DNA of 62,399 bases, counting the filler, from Sphacelaria rigidula (Eukaryota), in the NCBI GenBank assembly GCA_964200075.2. It is 9 parts of 9 records of this genome, joined end to end, with 100 filler letters (N's around TTAATTAATTAA, not from the genome) between each part and the next. Parts side by side here need not be neighbours in the genome. Positions count along the whole stretch, not along the records: positions 41,668 to 48,511 come from CAXNAA020017802.1; positions 48,612 to 55,455 come from CAXNAA020017803.1; positions 55,556 to 62,399 come from CAXNAA020017804.1; 6 more parts are not named here. One strand, written 5' to 3'. The position numbers were made by a program, and so were the translations under genes. Below the pieces are notes generated by a model that was not told the origin of the DNA, ran no database searches, and was given only the letters and a program-made list of their open reading frames with translations. Shown piece after piece: positions 46,601-60,600 of this stretch (position 1 is the stretch's first letter; each line of letters starts with the position of its first letter).

Positions 46601-48144
46601 CGGAAATCGACTGCTGCGTTAAGTGTACCGTATTTGAAACAGAGGGTGTTTTGGCCGTATTTTTCACGTCAATAGAGCCATACTCCATATCTACTCCTGT
46701 CAATTGATTTGATTATTTTTCGATTTTGAAAAGCTTGGGTGATGGAGGGATAAATTGGTTTTCTCCGGATACTCTGGGCATTGTTAATCGTGTCGTAGTT
46801 CCCACGAACCAGAGTTTTCTCCGTCACGTGCCTTGAGCGTACCTTAATTGGGACATTTGTCTCTAGTACGTTAGATGCGAGTGTACCGTATTAACCCGCC
46901 GCGATTTCAAAGAGTAGAATGTTGATGTTTGATTTTGGATTATATATTCAACGACTAACCCTTCGTAATGTCAACCCCCTGACCGCCGGCGTTGGTAATC
47001 TGGGGCAAGCACTTTCGTTTCAGGTGAAAATGATGTCGATTCCGTGAATGGGAACCTCTCGCCCAAACATGATCCGATTGTGGAATCGGCATTATTTTCC
47101 GTTATTTTTCAAGTGAAATCCCCACTCAACCAAATGCTAAACACTGGATATGTGACAAATATTTTGTAATATCTGACAAAACCTTGTCACAGAACCGATT
47201 CATGTACACAATTTCTGACATTTATACAACAGCCTGGATCCGTTTTTGAGATTCAACATTTGGGTGAGGTCGAAGTCGCCATCGAAATTTCATTTGTTGC
47301 GTCCAATAGGCTCGGGATACGCAAGCAGTTTCGGCCATGTAGCCCTAACCCAGAAGTTTCTATACGGCAGCCCAAGCATAATGAGCGACTCACCAGAAAA
47401 GCTACCGTCATTGTGCGGGATATTTTTTTAATAGGACGTGCCTCTAAGCTCTACAGGACACGTAACAAGGCGATGTCCCCGTCGCGCAATTGCCGCCGAC
47501 GCAGGTACAGGGCTGGCCGTTTGCGTACATGCAAATTTTCGAAGTGAAGAGCAGGCAAAATGTAGCAGCGAGGTACTCGCCTGCTGTGCAGACAAGAGAG
47601 TGAGCTACCGCACCTCTGGAACGTCTACTGAGCTCCTGGCAGCCCCGGGGGAAAATGCAGTCAGTGGACAGCGTGGTTGCGACCCGTTTTTTGTTTTACA
47701 ACCAGCAGCACACTGGCAGATGAGGTAGCAAGAAATCCAGCACATACAGCCACCCCCCACCCGCCGTCATTTTCGTACCTTTGCACAACAACTATGTGTG
47801 TATATACATATACGCAGAAGATGTGCTTCATCACTTACTTACAGTAGTGCTCACCATTTCGTAGGAGGAGGTGTGTGGGAGAGACACGGCCCCATCTATT
47901 ATATTGCACACAGTAGTAGCAGCTCCCGCCACCGGGTTGGCGAGCCTACTGCCTGCGAAACCCTCGTGAAAATGCAGAACAACAGTGTATGCTCAGGGTC
48001 AACTGTACGGTTTTTCGAAACAATATCTCCTCTAGGTTCCAAAGGGCGTCTGACCTGCCTAGCGAAAGTGTTGGCACACTCGTTTCAGATATGATTTGTG
48101 ACAACTGGGGGGGTACGTGGGGAACATCGTTCGAAATGAAATAT

Positions 48145-48440
48145 AACAATGTTTTCGTGAGATTGAGAGTCGAGGATACGATTGAGAGTGAAAAGCGGTC
48201 AACTAGTGAATGAATCGTTTTAGTTCCGAAAAGCCCCTCCACGAGGCCCAATATGATCCCTGTAGTAGCTTGCCACTGAGGCCCGTAATATCCCTGAGTG
48301 ATCGACGTGTAGCTGTAAGCACACGCCAGTGATCGAGGCAAAGAAAAGCACACGAAAAAAGGAAATTTGGTCAAGTCACCTCGAATGATGAGAGCCACTA
48401 TTAATCAGCGCTCTACTTTCAATCTCACGAAAGCGATATT
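48145..48440. mobile_element. ~300-bp MITE with AACA termini; other copies 49077-50379 (with nested mariner) and 61130-61429
   Basis: TIR aacaatg(t/c)tttcgtgagattgagagtagag; flanks tggt/tggt (49073-49076, 50380-50383), atat/acat. Confidence 0.88.
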
Positions 48441-49239
48441 ACATAAAAAACAGGGTTGCCAGAAAAATGAGAACGTATTTTGAAATGATAATCCACTGCT
48501 CCCCGGGATTGNNNNNNNNNNNNNNNNNNNNNNNNNNNNNNNNNNNNNNNNNNNNTTAATTAATTAANNNNNNNNNNNNNNNNNNNNNNNNNNNNNNNNN
48601 NNNNNNNNNNNGAAAGCACTGTTTTTGAGTTGAAACTCATTAAAATGTTGAACCTCAATAACGAATCCAGGCTGTTCCATGGTGTATATTTACCTCTGGA
48701 GTTCGCACACCAAACCTGTTGTTGACAATTGAACCACCAGATGATATTTCATCCTCCGCAGCAGTCCGGAGGGCCATTTTTCCCTCCAGAGGATGAAAAT
48801 CACGATAGAGAATTTTCAAACAAGAGGAGCCCTATGGCCGCGTGTGTATTGTGTTGCAAGAAATGGATCAATAAATACTGACAAAAAAAGAAGAGTCTGG
48901 TGGGCTTTGCGGGATTCATATATTTGCTTCTGCTCATTGCCCGCTCCGTCGCGATGACCTTGGATGCCGGCCACGCTCACTCATGAGGATGTACACGAGC
49001 GCACGGTAGCGACAGCCTGTAGCCGAAGTAGAGGAAATGAGATCTCACGCCTTGCCAACTTTCCTGGACTACTGGTAACTGTGTTTTCGTGGGATTGAGA
49101 ATAGAGGATACGATTGAGAGTGAAAGGCGGTCAATCAATGAATAATTCGTTCTAGTTCTGAAATGACCTACCACGAGGCCCGATACGCGTCCTGGAGTAG
49201 CTTGCCACTGAAGCCCTTGATATCCCTGAGTAGGATATA

Positions 49240-50245
49240 CTTGCTCTGTCCCATAAGTCTGGTCGGTTATGGGCGTTTTTTTTGTTTGGGTGGAACGGTG
49301 TTGATGACGATTACCCTATAGTTGGGTTCTATAGAAAGATAAAACGCAGACGCAGCGGATAAAATGAAATAAAAACTTCGTTTTCAATACTAAAATTAGG
49401 TCAGAATATATACCCCCATTTTGGCCATTTTTGAGAATTTTTATGATTTTTTTCATGAGAATTCTCATTTGAATTCGTGATTGATGATTTTGATTGATTG
49501 ATTGGTTGTCGCACTTTAACTGACCCCCCAGGGGTCCAGCCGTGGTCTCTTGATACACGTACCCACCAAGAAAACGAAAATGAAACACTCTCTGAGAAAA
49601 AAAGAAGAAACAGAAAAGAGGAGGAACACCAAAAAAAGAAAGAGGGGTCAAACAGAACGACATATGATTACTGCCCCACATCTAGCCCACAGACATCACA
49701 ATACGATGGACTTGCCCCCGAGTACCCTCCCCCCTCGCAAAACGGGTGGTGAGCTTCCATTGGGTCGCCGCTATGCGATTGCGATGGAGGTTGCGCTCGC
49801 TATTCCACCGGGCAAGACTAGGGTACCCAAGGGCTCACTGGGGCCAATTTGCGAACGCTATGGTGTTGGTCCCGAGTACCCGACTAAATTGTGGAAAAAC
49901 GCCAGAGCCCAGATGGACGCTACCCGAGAGGTCGACCTTTCGAACAGCGCAAGAACTGGACGTCCGTCGCTCCTCACGCCCACCGAGGTGCCGGCGCTGA
50001 AGAAGGTCAACAAGCCAGAATCGACCATTTTTTGGCCGATTCGAAAGGGGCGAAATACGGCCATTTTTTGGCCGACTGATTTTTTTGCGGCCGTTCGGCC
50101 GCATGGTTAAACAGCGTGCTGCAAAAAAAATGCCATTGTACCTAAAAAAACGGCGAAGAAATCGAAAAAAAACATCGAAAATCAGATTGGACAACGTTAG
50201 GGGCTTGTATAAACATAACCGACCAGACTTATGGGACAGAGGAAG
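49240..50245 (+). mobile_element. Mariner-like (Stowaway-type TIR) deletion derivative with N-terminal transposase fragment 49706-50015
   Basis: ~32-bp TIR ctt(c/g)ctctgtcccataagtctggtcggttatg, TA on both sides; HTH-like ...ICERYGVGPEYPTKLWKNAR...VDLSNSARTGRPSLLT. Confidence 0.9.
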
Positions 50246-50567
50246 TATGGACGTGTAGCTGTAAGCACACGCCAGAGTTACAAAGAAAAGCACTCAGAAT
50301 AAAAAACTCGTCAAGTTAGAGCGAATGATGAAACCCGTTCTCAATCAGGGCTCTACTCTCAATCTCATGAAACGTTGTTTGGTAGGTACTCGAGGCACAC
50401 GACACGGAACATGATCCCATGAATGATTGTAATCATGGCAAGTGATGAGTTTGGGGAGAGCGGCGTGTCCGCCATCTCTGCAATCCCCATACCAAGAATC
50501 TCTGTACACGGCAGCTGACCGCATCCACCTACACCTCGGCAATAAACTAGGGGACAGCAGGCTGGGT

Positions 50568-50610
<43 letters not shown>

Positions 50611-51092
50611 ACCCCCACCCCTCTCCAGGCTCGCCTCCCCCCCCCCTCCCCCCCCCCTCAAAAACTCAATTTTTCGATCTTGGGGCCTGCGTAAAATCTT
50701 TTCCCCGTGACGCCCCGATCATACGCATAATATTTGCACTCAACTTGAAAGATGCTGTTTGAAACGACTGATTCTGCTGTACTGTAGAGGTGCACTTTTT
50801 AGCCCAAAACTTTTCTGAAGCTGCCCGCTAGGACCAGATACTTGTCATCGAGAGGCTCCTGCAGTGCAGAGCCCCAGAAAAATTTGTGCACCCCTACCGC
50901 GTAACCACTCAAACACATTATTACGTGAACACCGACATGCCAGAAACACTGAAGTCAAACAAAAGCACGCAATAAAAATAAACGAACGGTCAAAAACGTG
51001 AGGACGCTGCTGATGGCTGCGGGCGGCAATCGAAAGACAGTGCAACGAGTAGGGCGGGGTCTGAGCACGATCAGGCTGTTCCTGGAGACGGG

Positions 51093-51395
51093 TTGCAGAG
51101 CAATTCTACGGTAGGGGTTGCACCTTTTCAGCAAAAACGTGTCTCGGGGCAGCTCGGGGTGTTGGATGGGTCATTTTCAGAATTGGCATCATTCTTTTAC
51201 TTGAACAAAAATACCGAAAATGATGCCGATTCATGAAGGCCTCTGCGTGCAAACACCATGTTTCTGGAAGTCCGGTCCCCGGAGATTTGGGTTGCACAAA
51301 AAGCCTAATGTATTTGTGCTCCTACAAGAAAAAAGAAAAAAAGAAGAAAAGAAACAGAAAAAAAGTGCAACCCCTACCGTAGCATTGCTTTGCAA
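51093..51395. mobile_element. ~300-bp MITE; smaller related hairpin at about 50780-50905
   Basis: Inverted pair ttgca.agcaat.ctacggtaggggttgcac; TSD not resolved. Confidence 0.7.
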
Positions 51396-52426
51396 GTGTG
51401 TTAGAGTATGTGGATTTTCCGCGAGGGCAGAGATTCTTGAAATTTGTTTTCAACTTCTCGCTTGGAGTTGATCAATTGTGTTGCGGAAAACGTAGTGCTC
51501 TTCTTCCGGGCTACCCGTCGGCCATGAACACCGGGAGTTTAGGCGAGCCCTCACGAGGAGGCGTGGGTGGGTTTCCCCAAACGCCATAACCGTGAAGCAT
51601 GAGGGGATTTCTGCCGAGCTCTGACGGGATGGCATAGTGCTAGCGTCAAGGTGGAGACTTCTGCGGTTCCGCGCTTGTTGCTTGGCTTTCGAATCGTTTC
51701 GCTTGATGTAAATCATGACATATTGCCATGCATCGCACACTCGTCTGAATCGCAGCACGTCGCTTCACGTGGTCACGGTGGGACAAGTATTCAAGGCGGC
51801 CTTGACTTCGCGCCAGAACTGGCCCCTGGTTGCCGCATGTGCCTTGAATCGTCAACTTATTTGTCATCCTCCGACGATTACTCGCGGCGAACAAATAGTA
51901 TGACGCGCAGACAAGCGGGGGAAGTCACATGTTACTCCGGTTAACAGTTGCGCAGCAGTAGTGTTATTTCGTTCATTTCAGCGCGTACTACCGCGTCCTC
52001 GCAGCAGTCTCGGGCGCCACGAGTACACTCGAGTACTCTACGGCGCGTTCTGCCAAGCAGACGTTAGACATAACGATCCACCAAAATACACAACGGGCTC
52101 AACATCCACCTACCCATGCAATTTACTTTGGTACTACATAACTAGTGGGGTACACAACACACCACGACAACGGCACATAGCCACGCGCGCGAACTGCCCT
52201 GCGTACTCCGCCCATGCGTGCACAAGATATCTAGAGGTACCTCCTCTACCCTCCCCTCCCCCCTTCTCCCCCAAACCGGGGGAGAAAACATGAATAACCA
52301 GAAATTACCGGACACACCCTGCCTCGTCCGTGACCCGCAAAAGCTCCATGAATGTGCCATCAGGACTGGCACATTAACAGAGCCTACAATAACGACACAC
52401 ACACACACGCGCTTCCAAGCACCCAA

Positions 52427-55071
52427 TTAATCGGCCTTATGCTTCACGTCGCCGTTACGTCCGGCGCCGTTGCCAGTCGCACTCGCCGCCGCGTTGGTGA
52501 CAGCAGCAAGTCGATTGTGGCGAGCATAGATGGCGGCCATACGAACGTTCGTGTGAGTAGTTGACTCAACCGGCAGCCCCCGCCAAAAGTCTTCGAACAG
52601 AAGCTCTGGGAGAGTCTTGCCCTTGGGGCGAATCGGCTCGGTGAAGAGGAAAAGAACAATCGCAGAGAAGGTGTACCTGTGTGTGGTTTGGTGAGGGTGA
52701 GGGGGGACGTGCGGGGCGAAATAATTCAATGACGTAAAAGAAAGAAGACAATCGCATACTTTCGAAATACAACAAAGGAGAATCCACTCGTAGCGATGAA
52801 TAACGACTATCCTTCTATACGCAAGTATCACACGAGCTACGGTAGCTCTCGATGGGGGTGCTGAGCGTCTGAACGGGATTTGTCGGATCCAAAAGCATGA
52901 CGAGCATCGCCTTCACACTGAGCACCCTTGTGTTCAGCGAAAAGGATTGGCGAAGCAACAACCCAATTTCGCAGTCAGCAACTCTTTACCGATATTGAAA
53001 ATATGAATAAAAACCCTGAAACGACGACTTCGGTAATTAGCAAGAGACATGCCTCAAGCTTCGTGCAATAGGCAGCAGCTAATACTGGAGGGCTCCATTG
53101 CGAACGAGGGCCGAAATATTTAGCTGTGAAAATCAACGCGCTCGACGACTTGCACACATGCACTGACACCCGACATATTTCGGGACGACAAACCGATCAT
53201 TCGGCCGTACCGAGCTGGCACAATGACAAGCACCGCCGCCACAAGCGACACCACTGCAATCCAAGCTCTGGTTCTCCCGGCATCACTCCAGGCATGGAGA
53301 CTCTTCACCTTCAACAAGCGCTCATTGTACGCGTGCAGCTTGGCCTGACACAGGGTACGAAAACGACACGGAGAGACAGAGAGAGAGAGAGGAGAGAGGA
53401 GAGAGGACATTCAGATACAGAGGGAGAGAGGTGTATATACATATACTTCCTCTGTGCCATAAGTAAAGGTCCTCATGTTTACACAGACCTTTAACGGTGT
53501 CCGATGCCGCCGGCGACCATTTTTGTGAAATCTTTGGAGTTTTTTTAGTTAAAGTCCGTTTTCTTTTTTTTGCACGCACCACCCCGCGTGCATGAGCGGC
53601 CGAGAAAAAACCAGTCGGCCTGAAAAAGGTCGTATTTTGCATGTATTTTGCCCCCCTCCAGGGCGGGGCACTGACAAAAACAAGAGGAAAAAACCAAGAA
53701 TTATCCCTGACCCCAAACCCAACCCCTCCCCTCTACTCAACGACCCATGACGCGCGCCCCACACTAAAAACAGTATACTAGTGATCCCCACACTAAAGCC
53801 AAGATACTTGGGGGTTCCACACTATAACCAAGACACTTGCGGGGTAATGCAAGCGACGGTGGGCCCTCACCCAACCCCCCGCTCTACTCAACGATCCATG
53901 TCGCGTGCCCCCACGCTGAAACCAGTACAATATTGAACCCACACTAAAATCAATACACTTGGGGGACCCACACTAAAACCAAAACACTTGCGGGGCCACA
54001 ATTCTCAAAATAATTCTCAAATATATCCCAGAAAACCCGCCAAAATTCCCAATATTCGACACACTATTTCTCAGTAATTACGAATCGGACTCAACTTTTC
54101 TTTTTTAGAGGTATCCTCAAATCCATAGCTTTTCAACAAGCCTATCGGTAGTATCGTGAGTGACTAGATTGGCGAGATATGATTTGTACCCCATAAGGAC
54201 CTTTACTTATGGCACAGAGGAAGTATATATATATACACCCGGGAGAAGAAAAAAAGAGGCAGAGACTGCGCAAGGAAGGCGGTAAAGGACAACACTTCTC
54301 CGTCGGTAGAAGAGCACACACGCACGCACGCAACCCTTATTTTTTCTTCACGAACACACCCGGATTTACTCTCCTCAGGACGCGCATCGCACCACTGTCT
54401 GATATTGCAGCAGTCTCCTATATTTCGCCCGAATTTGAACCCCTGGAAGTATTGAAAAAATAGCCCGCGCACGGCGTCCAAATCAGCCGACCACGAGCAA
54501 AAATAGCAGCGGTAACTTCTGCACTCACTACCCCGTTACCTGCATTTTCCCCGCGCGGTCCTGCATGCCCTTCACGCGGCTCAACAGACCCTCGTTTTGC
54601 TGGTGCTGGTGCTGTTGCTGGGCTAAAGCCCCAGTATCTCCAGCAGCAACCGCCGCTCCTGTTCCTTCTCTCCCGTCAGTCGCCTCGGACACTGCCCCTG
54701 CGGCGGCTGCCCCGCCACCCGACGGCGGCTGTACCCCATCGTCCGACCGTTTTCGGCCGTCCCCCTCCACGTCCTTCCCGCCTGCCGCGGCTGGATTGCC
54801 ATGGTAATTGGTAGACGACGATGATAAGGGAGTTCCTCGTCTCGGTGATCCCCCGGTGATTGGCGTAGCTGTTGCTTTATTATTCCGGCTGGCCGGCGCC
54901 TCGTGGCTAATAGCGGGTGTTGTTGCCGTTGTGTGTGAGGCGGCGGCGGCGGCGGCAGCGGCGGTCGAAATCGACACCTCGTTCCCGGCGTTGTGCTTCC
55001 CCGCGGCAGCCGCAGACGTGTGCGATGATGTTGTTCCTCCTCCGGTATCCGACCAAGCTACCGCCAGGGGA
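52427..55071 (-). CDS. MCTP-like membrane protein C-terminus (PRT_C domain); exons about 54540-55071, 53211-53344, 52427-52676 (stop TAA)
   Basis: In-frame splice GLLSRVKGMQDRAGKMQ|AKLHAYNERLLKVKSLHAWSD...WIAVVSLVAAVLVIVPAR|YTFSAIVLFLFTEPIRP...EDFWRGLP; fits PRT_C pattern (W, hydrophobic hairpin, vP.R, F..rLP); 5' acceptor at 55072 tentative. Confidence 0.75.
53446..54223. mobile_element. 778-bp mariner/Stowaway-type non-autonomous element in an intron, with internal tandem repeats (53720-54000)
   Basis: Perfect TIR cttcctctgtgccataagtaaaggtcct, TA flanks; repeated cccacactaaaacca and acttg(c/g)gggg. Confidence 0.92.
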
Positions 55072-56167
55072 CTGCCGGGCGCATTTTTTCGATACGGGGA
55101 AGTCGCGCATGGACCGAGAGGCAACCGACGAATGTTCAGGAGTTAACAACGGGGATGGAAAACTGTATTGTAATGCTTTCGATGAAGGGCTGAACAGTAC
55201 ATGGCACCTGTTAGAACACATTGGACAATAGGTTACGATTTTATCAAAATGTACTGCGTGCAGTATCGAATCTTTTGTCTATTGCAATAGACGCAATAGT
55301 CGATAATGTATTCAGTAAACGTTTTGGCAGTGAAATCCTTTGTCCAGGGTGTGCTTGGTAGAGGGAGGGAGGGAAGAGAGGGAAGGAGGAGGGGGGGGGG
55401 GGTACTCATGATCATGCATGCCATAGTCACAAGACCATTGACCTCGCATCCCTACNNNNNNNNNNNNNNNNNNNNNNNNNNNNNNNNNNNNNNNNNNNNT
55501 TAATTAATTAANNNNNNNNNNNNNNNNNNNNNNNNNNNNNNNNNNNNNNNNNNNNCCCCCCCCCCGCCTCAAGCCCCCCCCCCCCCCCGCGCTCTGGAAA
55601 CCCCCGGATGTCTCGGAACTGTCAGCCTGTACAACTGTTCCGAGGCGACGCTCGTCGTCGAAGGGTTAACCCTTCGACCGCGAAGGTGGGCCACCTGCTG
55701 AATCGGCATCAACATTCACTTGAAGAAAGAGTGCCTGATCCAGATGGATCGCCCGCACCGCGGTCTAAGGGTCAAAATGTCAGCGTGCTGATTTTCATTA
55801 CTTACGTGCTCCACACATATCTTTTCATTATTTACTCACTCTCGAAGAAAAGGTGGCGTACATCAATATGTTTACTATTCGACGAACTGATTGGATTCTC
55901 TGCTTATGCAAGCCCCCCCGTCGTTGTCTTGCAACACCTTGTTGCCCTTCAATTCCTTGCCTGGTGAAATGAACTCTATTACTCCATGAACAAACAAAGC
56001 TTCTTTTACTCCATCGCCCATCGCTGCATACTCTACCTCTGTGGTTGAAAGAGTTACACTTTTCTGCGTCCTAGAAAATCAGGTTACTGGTGAACTACCA
56101 CATAACACTGCACCACCGGATGCCGATCGCCGCGCCGCGTCTCCCTTGCCGTAATCCTCATCTACAT

Positions 56168-56501
56168 GAGGCGACCTAAAGTTTTGGTCGTTTGTCTATG
56201 GTTGACTTTTTCGAACATGCTAACAATAACGCTAACGCTGACCCTAACCCTAACCCCGACCGACGGCGTACGAGACCCTCGGGCAAGGGGGGTGCATAGT
56301 TTCGTTCCCCTAGGCAAGTGTGCGTCGGCAGACTTGAAATCGACGCTGCAGGTGCCGATTTCGACAAAACACGTTCTGGACGAGCTGGGTCCACTGCTCA
56401 CCTGCCCTAAGCCATAAATTTTCTCAGAAGTTTCTGAAGTCTAGAATCAAGTAGTCATGTTGTCAACCATAGATATACGACCGAAGCCTTTAGGTCTACT
56501 G
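56168..56501. mobile_element. 334-bp TTAGGG-type MITE inserted at the start of Copia RNase H
   Basis: TSD atctacat / atgtacat; TIR gacctaaag..t.ggtcgt.t.tctatggttgac; ctaacgctgaccctaaccctaacccc inside. Confidence 0.85.
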
Positions 56502-56826
56502 ATGTACATATACTGTCGTTCTTACATCTACATGTGATCCTGTGTGATACGTGAGTCCGAAATTTGAAATCGCATGAAGATACTCTAGAATCTTCTCGAC
56601 TGCTTTCCACTGAATCATTGTTGTCTTTCACGGACCTGAGGTTCACCGACGGAGAAGCAGAGCGAGAACTGGAGCGAGAAATATCAAAACGGTCGAGCAC
56701 ACTTCTAATATAGTTTGCTTGCGATAACTCAACGACCGCAAGTATTTTGTCGGTAGTGCATCAGTTAGAACATCGACCACTGTCCTGCTTACACTACTTG
56801 ACCCCCCCCCCCCAAATTATCATGAA

Positions 56827-57653
56827 GGCCGGATGTTATGGCAACATATTTTGGCCCACAGATTTTTGAATCCTGGTGGAATAAATCCGCGGTAAACTTG
56901 GGTTCGGGAACGATCTTATGGCAGCACACAGATTTTCATACCATATTATTTTGATTTGTATACCCCAACCACGATTTCGAGTTTTAAGTGTAGCGTGTTT
57001 CAACAGCTCACAGTCGCGTAGGTGTCTCGTGTGTTGTGATGTGCTGTATTGATACAGCGTCACTGCCGCAGAGAGGTCATCACCACCCCACTAACACCGG
57101 TGCCGGTCTTTTCGAGCACATCAGTAAGCGACCATGCCCCCCTCGTTGCTGCTGAAGTTGAATCCTTCATCGAAGGATTGCAGAACTACTCGCTAGGCAG
57201 CGACAGTGCGCATCACATGTCTCCTCTCCAGATGTCTATGCAATGCTTTTGCCAGGAGATCGACTAGCAAGGCGTGTCGTTTTTTGTCTCGTACGCGCGA
57301 AGCGGGCTCCATCGCGCGTCGGGTGCGGCGTGTGGTTGCTTCGTGTGTTTTTGGTTGTGGTCGACAGGATCACTCCAAAGGCGCAGCCAGCGCGCCGGCA
57401 CATGAAAGAACAGCGCGGCGTGATCCCATTATGGCGGTATGCCGGCCAAGATGCAAAAACCCGTGTGCAAAAATCTGTGCTCGCCGACCCCCGCCAGTTT
57501 GCCCAAAAATCTGTGGGACTCGGGCCCCGAATCTTGGCCGCGGATTATTTCACCCAAAATTTTGAATATCTGCACCCATGAGATGGGCGTAACATGAATT
57601 ATTTCAAAATCTGAAGATCCACGGCCAAAAATCTGTCTCCACAACATCCGGCC
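56827..57653. mobile_element. 827-bp PIF/Harbinger-like non-autonomous element in Copia RT
   Basis: TIR ggccggatgtt(a/g)tgg with long imperfect subterminal inversion; 3-bp flanks gaa / taa. Confidence 0.75.
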
Positions 57654-60600
57654 TAATAACGTGTAAAACCACCGCCCCTTCCAAGTCACCATCAATTATC
57701 AAGCGCAATATGCAGGGGTCGTACAGACACTGCTCGAAGCCGATTTCCACGAGCCTTGACACAAACAGCTTGTAAAGTTGTCTGGCACTTTGTTTCAAAT
57801 TATGAAGCGCTTTATTTAACGGAGAACGATTTTGTCTGCCATTGATCCGCAACCAGGGGGTCGTCTCATATTCACTTCATAGTCCAATTTGGACTGTATG
57901 AGTACCATCCACGTATGTTTGTCAACGCTACAAGAATACCAATTATTGCAGCACTTGCGGGAGGTGAAAATACCTCTAGAAAATCAATATGAGACCGCTG
58001 ACTAAATCCCTTCGCTACTAGCCCAGCTTTTGCCTCCAAAATTTCGCCATTGGCATCTGTTTGCCACTTGAAAACCCATTTAGCGTTAACTATATTGCCA
58101 CCTTCTGGAATCGATCCTACTAACGCAAATGTCCGTGCAGCTAGTAATCCTTCTAACTCTAAGTTCATAGCCTCCTCCCAGACTTCAGCGTGTCCAGACG
58201 CACGGGCTCCGGCAATTGTTGTAGGCTCTGGCTCGGCATCCTTGGCAGGACCTGCAAGTGTCTCGCTCGATATCTCCCACGTTCGTTGCTCAGCAATCAG
58301 CACGTGCAAAATCTGGTCCCCGCTGACGGGTCCCAGCGTGGCCAACAACCCGGTCGCTTGCTGTTGACTCAGCGCCCGCGTTTGTGCTCGCGCCCTGCCC
58401 TCCCTGCGTTCCTCGTGGCCATGCGGTCCGACACTGTATGTCTCGAGTAGTCTCTGCGTATTTCGGTATGACGCTGGCGGACTAGCTCGATCGTACACGT
58501 CGTCGTTGCTAGAGTAGTTGTTGCTCCTGGAGTTGAATGCAGGTGTCGATTTGGAAGATGACGATGGTGAGTCGCTGCTGGATGATAACGATGGTTATGA
58601 AGATGAGTTGCTGCTGGATCATAAGGCCAATAGTGGTGTAAGATCAATTGGCAATGGGGCTGACCGCACTCATCGGTTGTTGACTGTTATCCACCCTTTG
58701 AGACGGTACTCGCACATGGGGTACTCCTTTTCCTGTTAACGGTCTTGTCTCCGCTGAGTAGTCTTTGCAGTGGTCATCCCCCCTTCCCATTGCCGTTTCC
58801 TCCGTCAAAAGAGGTTTGGGGTGGCGGGAAATACTGCGGTGGTGCCTCCCATGTGAGATCTCGAGTCTCAATGACTCTCCCTCTCCGCGTCAATACACGG
58901 TAGGAATCGCGTGGATGTTCACGTGAACGTATAAGCAGCTCTCAGCTTTGGGCAGTAGCTGCGATGGCCGCTTCCATCGACAGTAAGCTGACTTGAGGAA
59001 TGGGTGTGGTTTAGTCGGCGTAGCCGTTCCGAACCACATCTCGTTCGGTGATTTGTTATCGGGGTGTAAAGTCGAAGCGGTGTTTTCGAGCTGTTCACAC
59101 GCCCAATGCATCACCTCGGTCCACAGCTTGTCGGTCTTGGGAAGCTGGACGTGCCCGAACAAGACCTTAGCCTGATCCTCCTGGCCGTTATTGCCGTTGC
59201 TTCGATGATGCCTAGACAGCGCTCTGCTACGCCGATGAACTGGGGACTGTTTGCGGGTGTAAATTCCTGCTTGATCAAAAGTTCGTCACATACTGATCTA
59301 AAGTTATTTTCAAAGAGTTCCCCTCCATCATCAGATCGTACTATAATATGTGTACTATTGAAGGAAAGCCGTCAGCTCGCACGTTCGCGACAAAACGGCT
59401 GAAAGCCGAATCAGAGTCAGACTTCCTTGTCAAAAAGTACAGCCAAGATTTTCGACTGAAGTCGTCCTTGACGATCTTTGCGTAATGTTTCCCCCCTAGT
59501 GAGGGCACATCCTTCCTGCCTCCTAGATCTACGAAAACTCCACCAAGCTTGTTTCGAGCTCTATTTTCAGTTTGACGAGGAACACCCTTTCTGTATCCCT
59601 TTGCCATTGAGCATCCGGTGCATGCGTGCAATTGTACTGCGAGTGTAATATTAAATTTTCTAGCGTTATGCTTCAATGTTTCGTTAGCATGACCGTAAAT
59701 ACAGTGGGACAAATTTGATATCCAAACTGGATATCGGGGGGGGATTTGATCGCACGAGTGCTTGTAAAACGGTAGCATCATGGTGCTCTCTCTCCTAGTT
59801 GGCATGCTATGGTTACTAACATACCATCCCAGTTTGCAGGTGTCACACCTCCGTTGAATGCAGTCATCATCTGAACCACCTAAACGGTCCCAACTGTTAC
59901 CATCATATTCCGCACTGGGTGAGAACAGGTTGTATCCGATATTAGGCGCGTACAGTACATATTTCAATTCTACCACGTACTCCTTCTCCTCTGTTACAAG
60001 AACAACTGTTGGGTTACCCTTAAACGGAACATCACACGTTACGCCTCATACCCCTGTTACGCTGAAATTTACACGTGTAAGATCTCTCATATAGCTCAAG
60101 GAATCGGTCAAATGCCAAGGTTCACCAGTATGACCATACCACTCTTCGTAGAAAGGTCCGGAAACAGAAGCAGCCAATGTTCTCAATTTGACAAGCTCAC
60201 CACTATCGCTCTTGGACTCTGCCTCAGTTTCCTGGGATAGAGCCTTGATCAACCGGGCTTGACAATCGCGAAGCATGTGCGGAAGACCACAGCGAATAAA
60301 TTCAGACTGTTTCCTATTCTGCTGGTTTCGGGAACTGTTTTTACCCGATTTGGTGCCTCTCTTTCTGCTCTATCTATACCGTTCTATTTTTCCATTCTTT
60401 TACTGATAGATCCAAGTACTTGTCTCGTATATTTTATCCTTCTATGGCCTCTCTGTTACGAGCGAAAATGATGCTCATATTTTCTTATTACGTTGTTGTA
60501 TTCGTGCGTGAGTCCATCCAGCGTCAAATAGCATACTACTCTGTCCTCTTTCTCCACCCATAGCATGAGTAATACTCCAAGAACTTCCTTGAGCTGCGAG

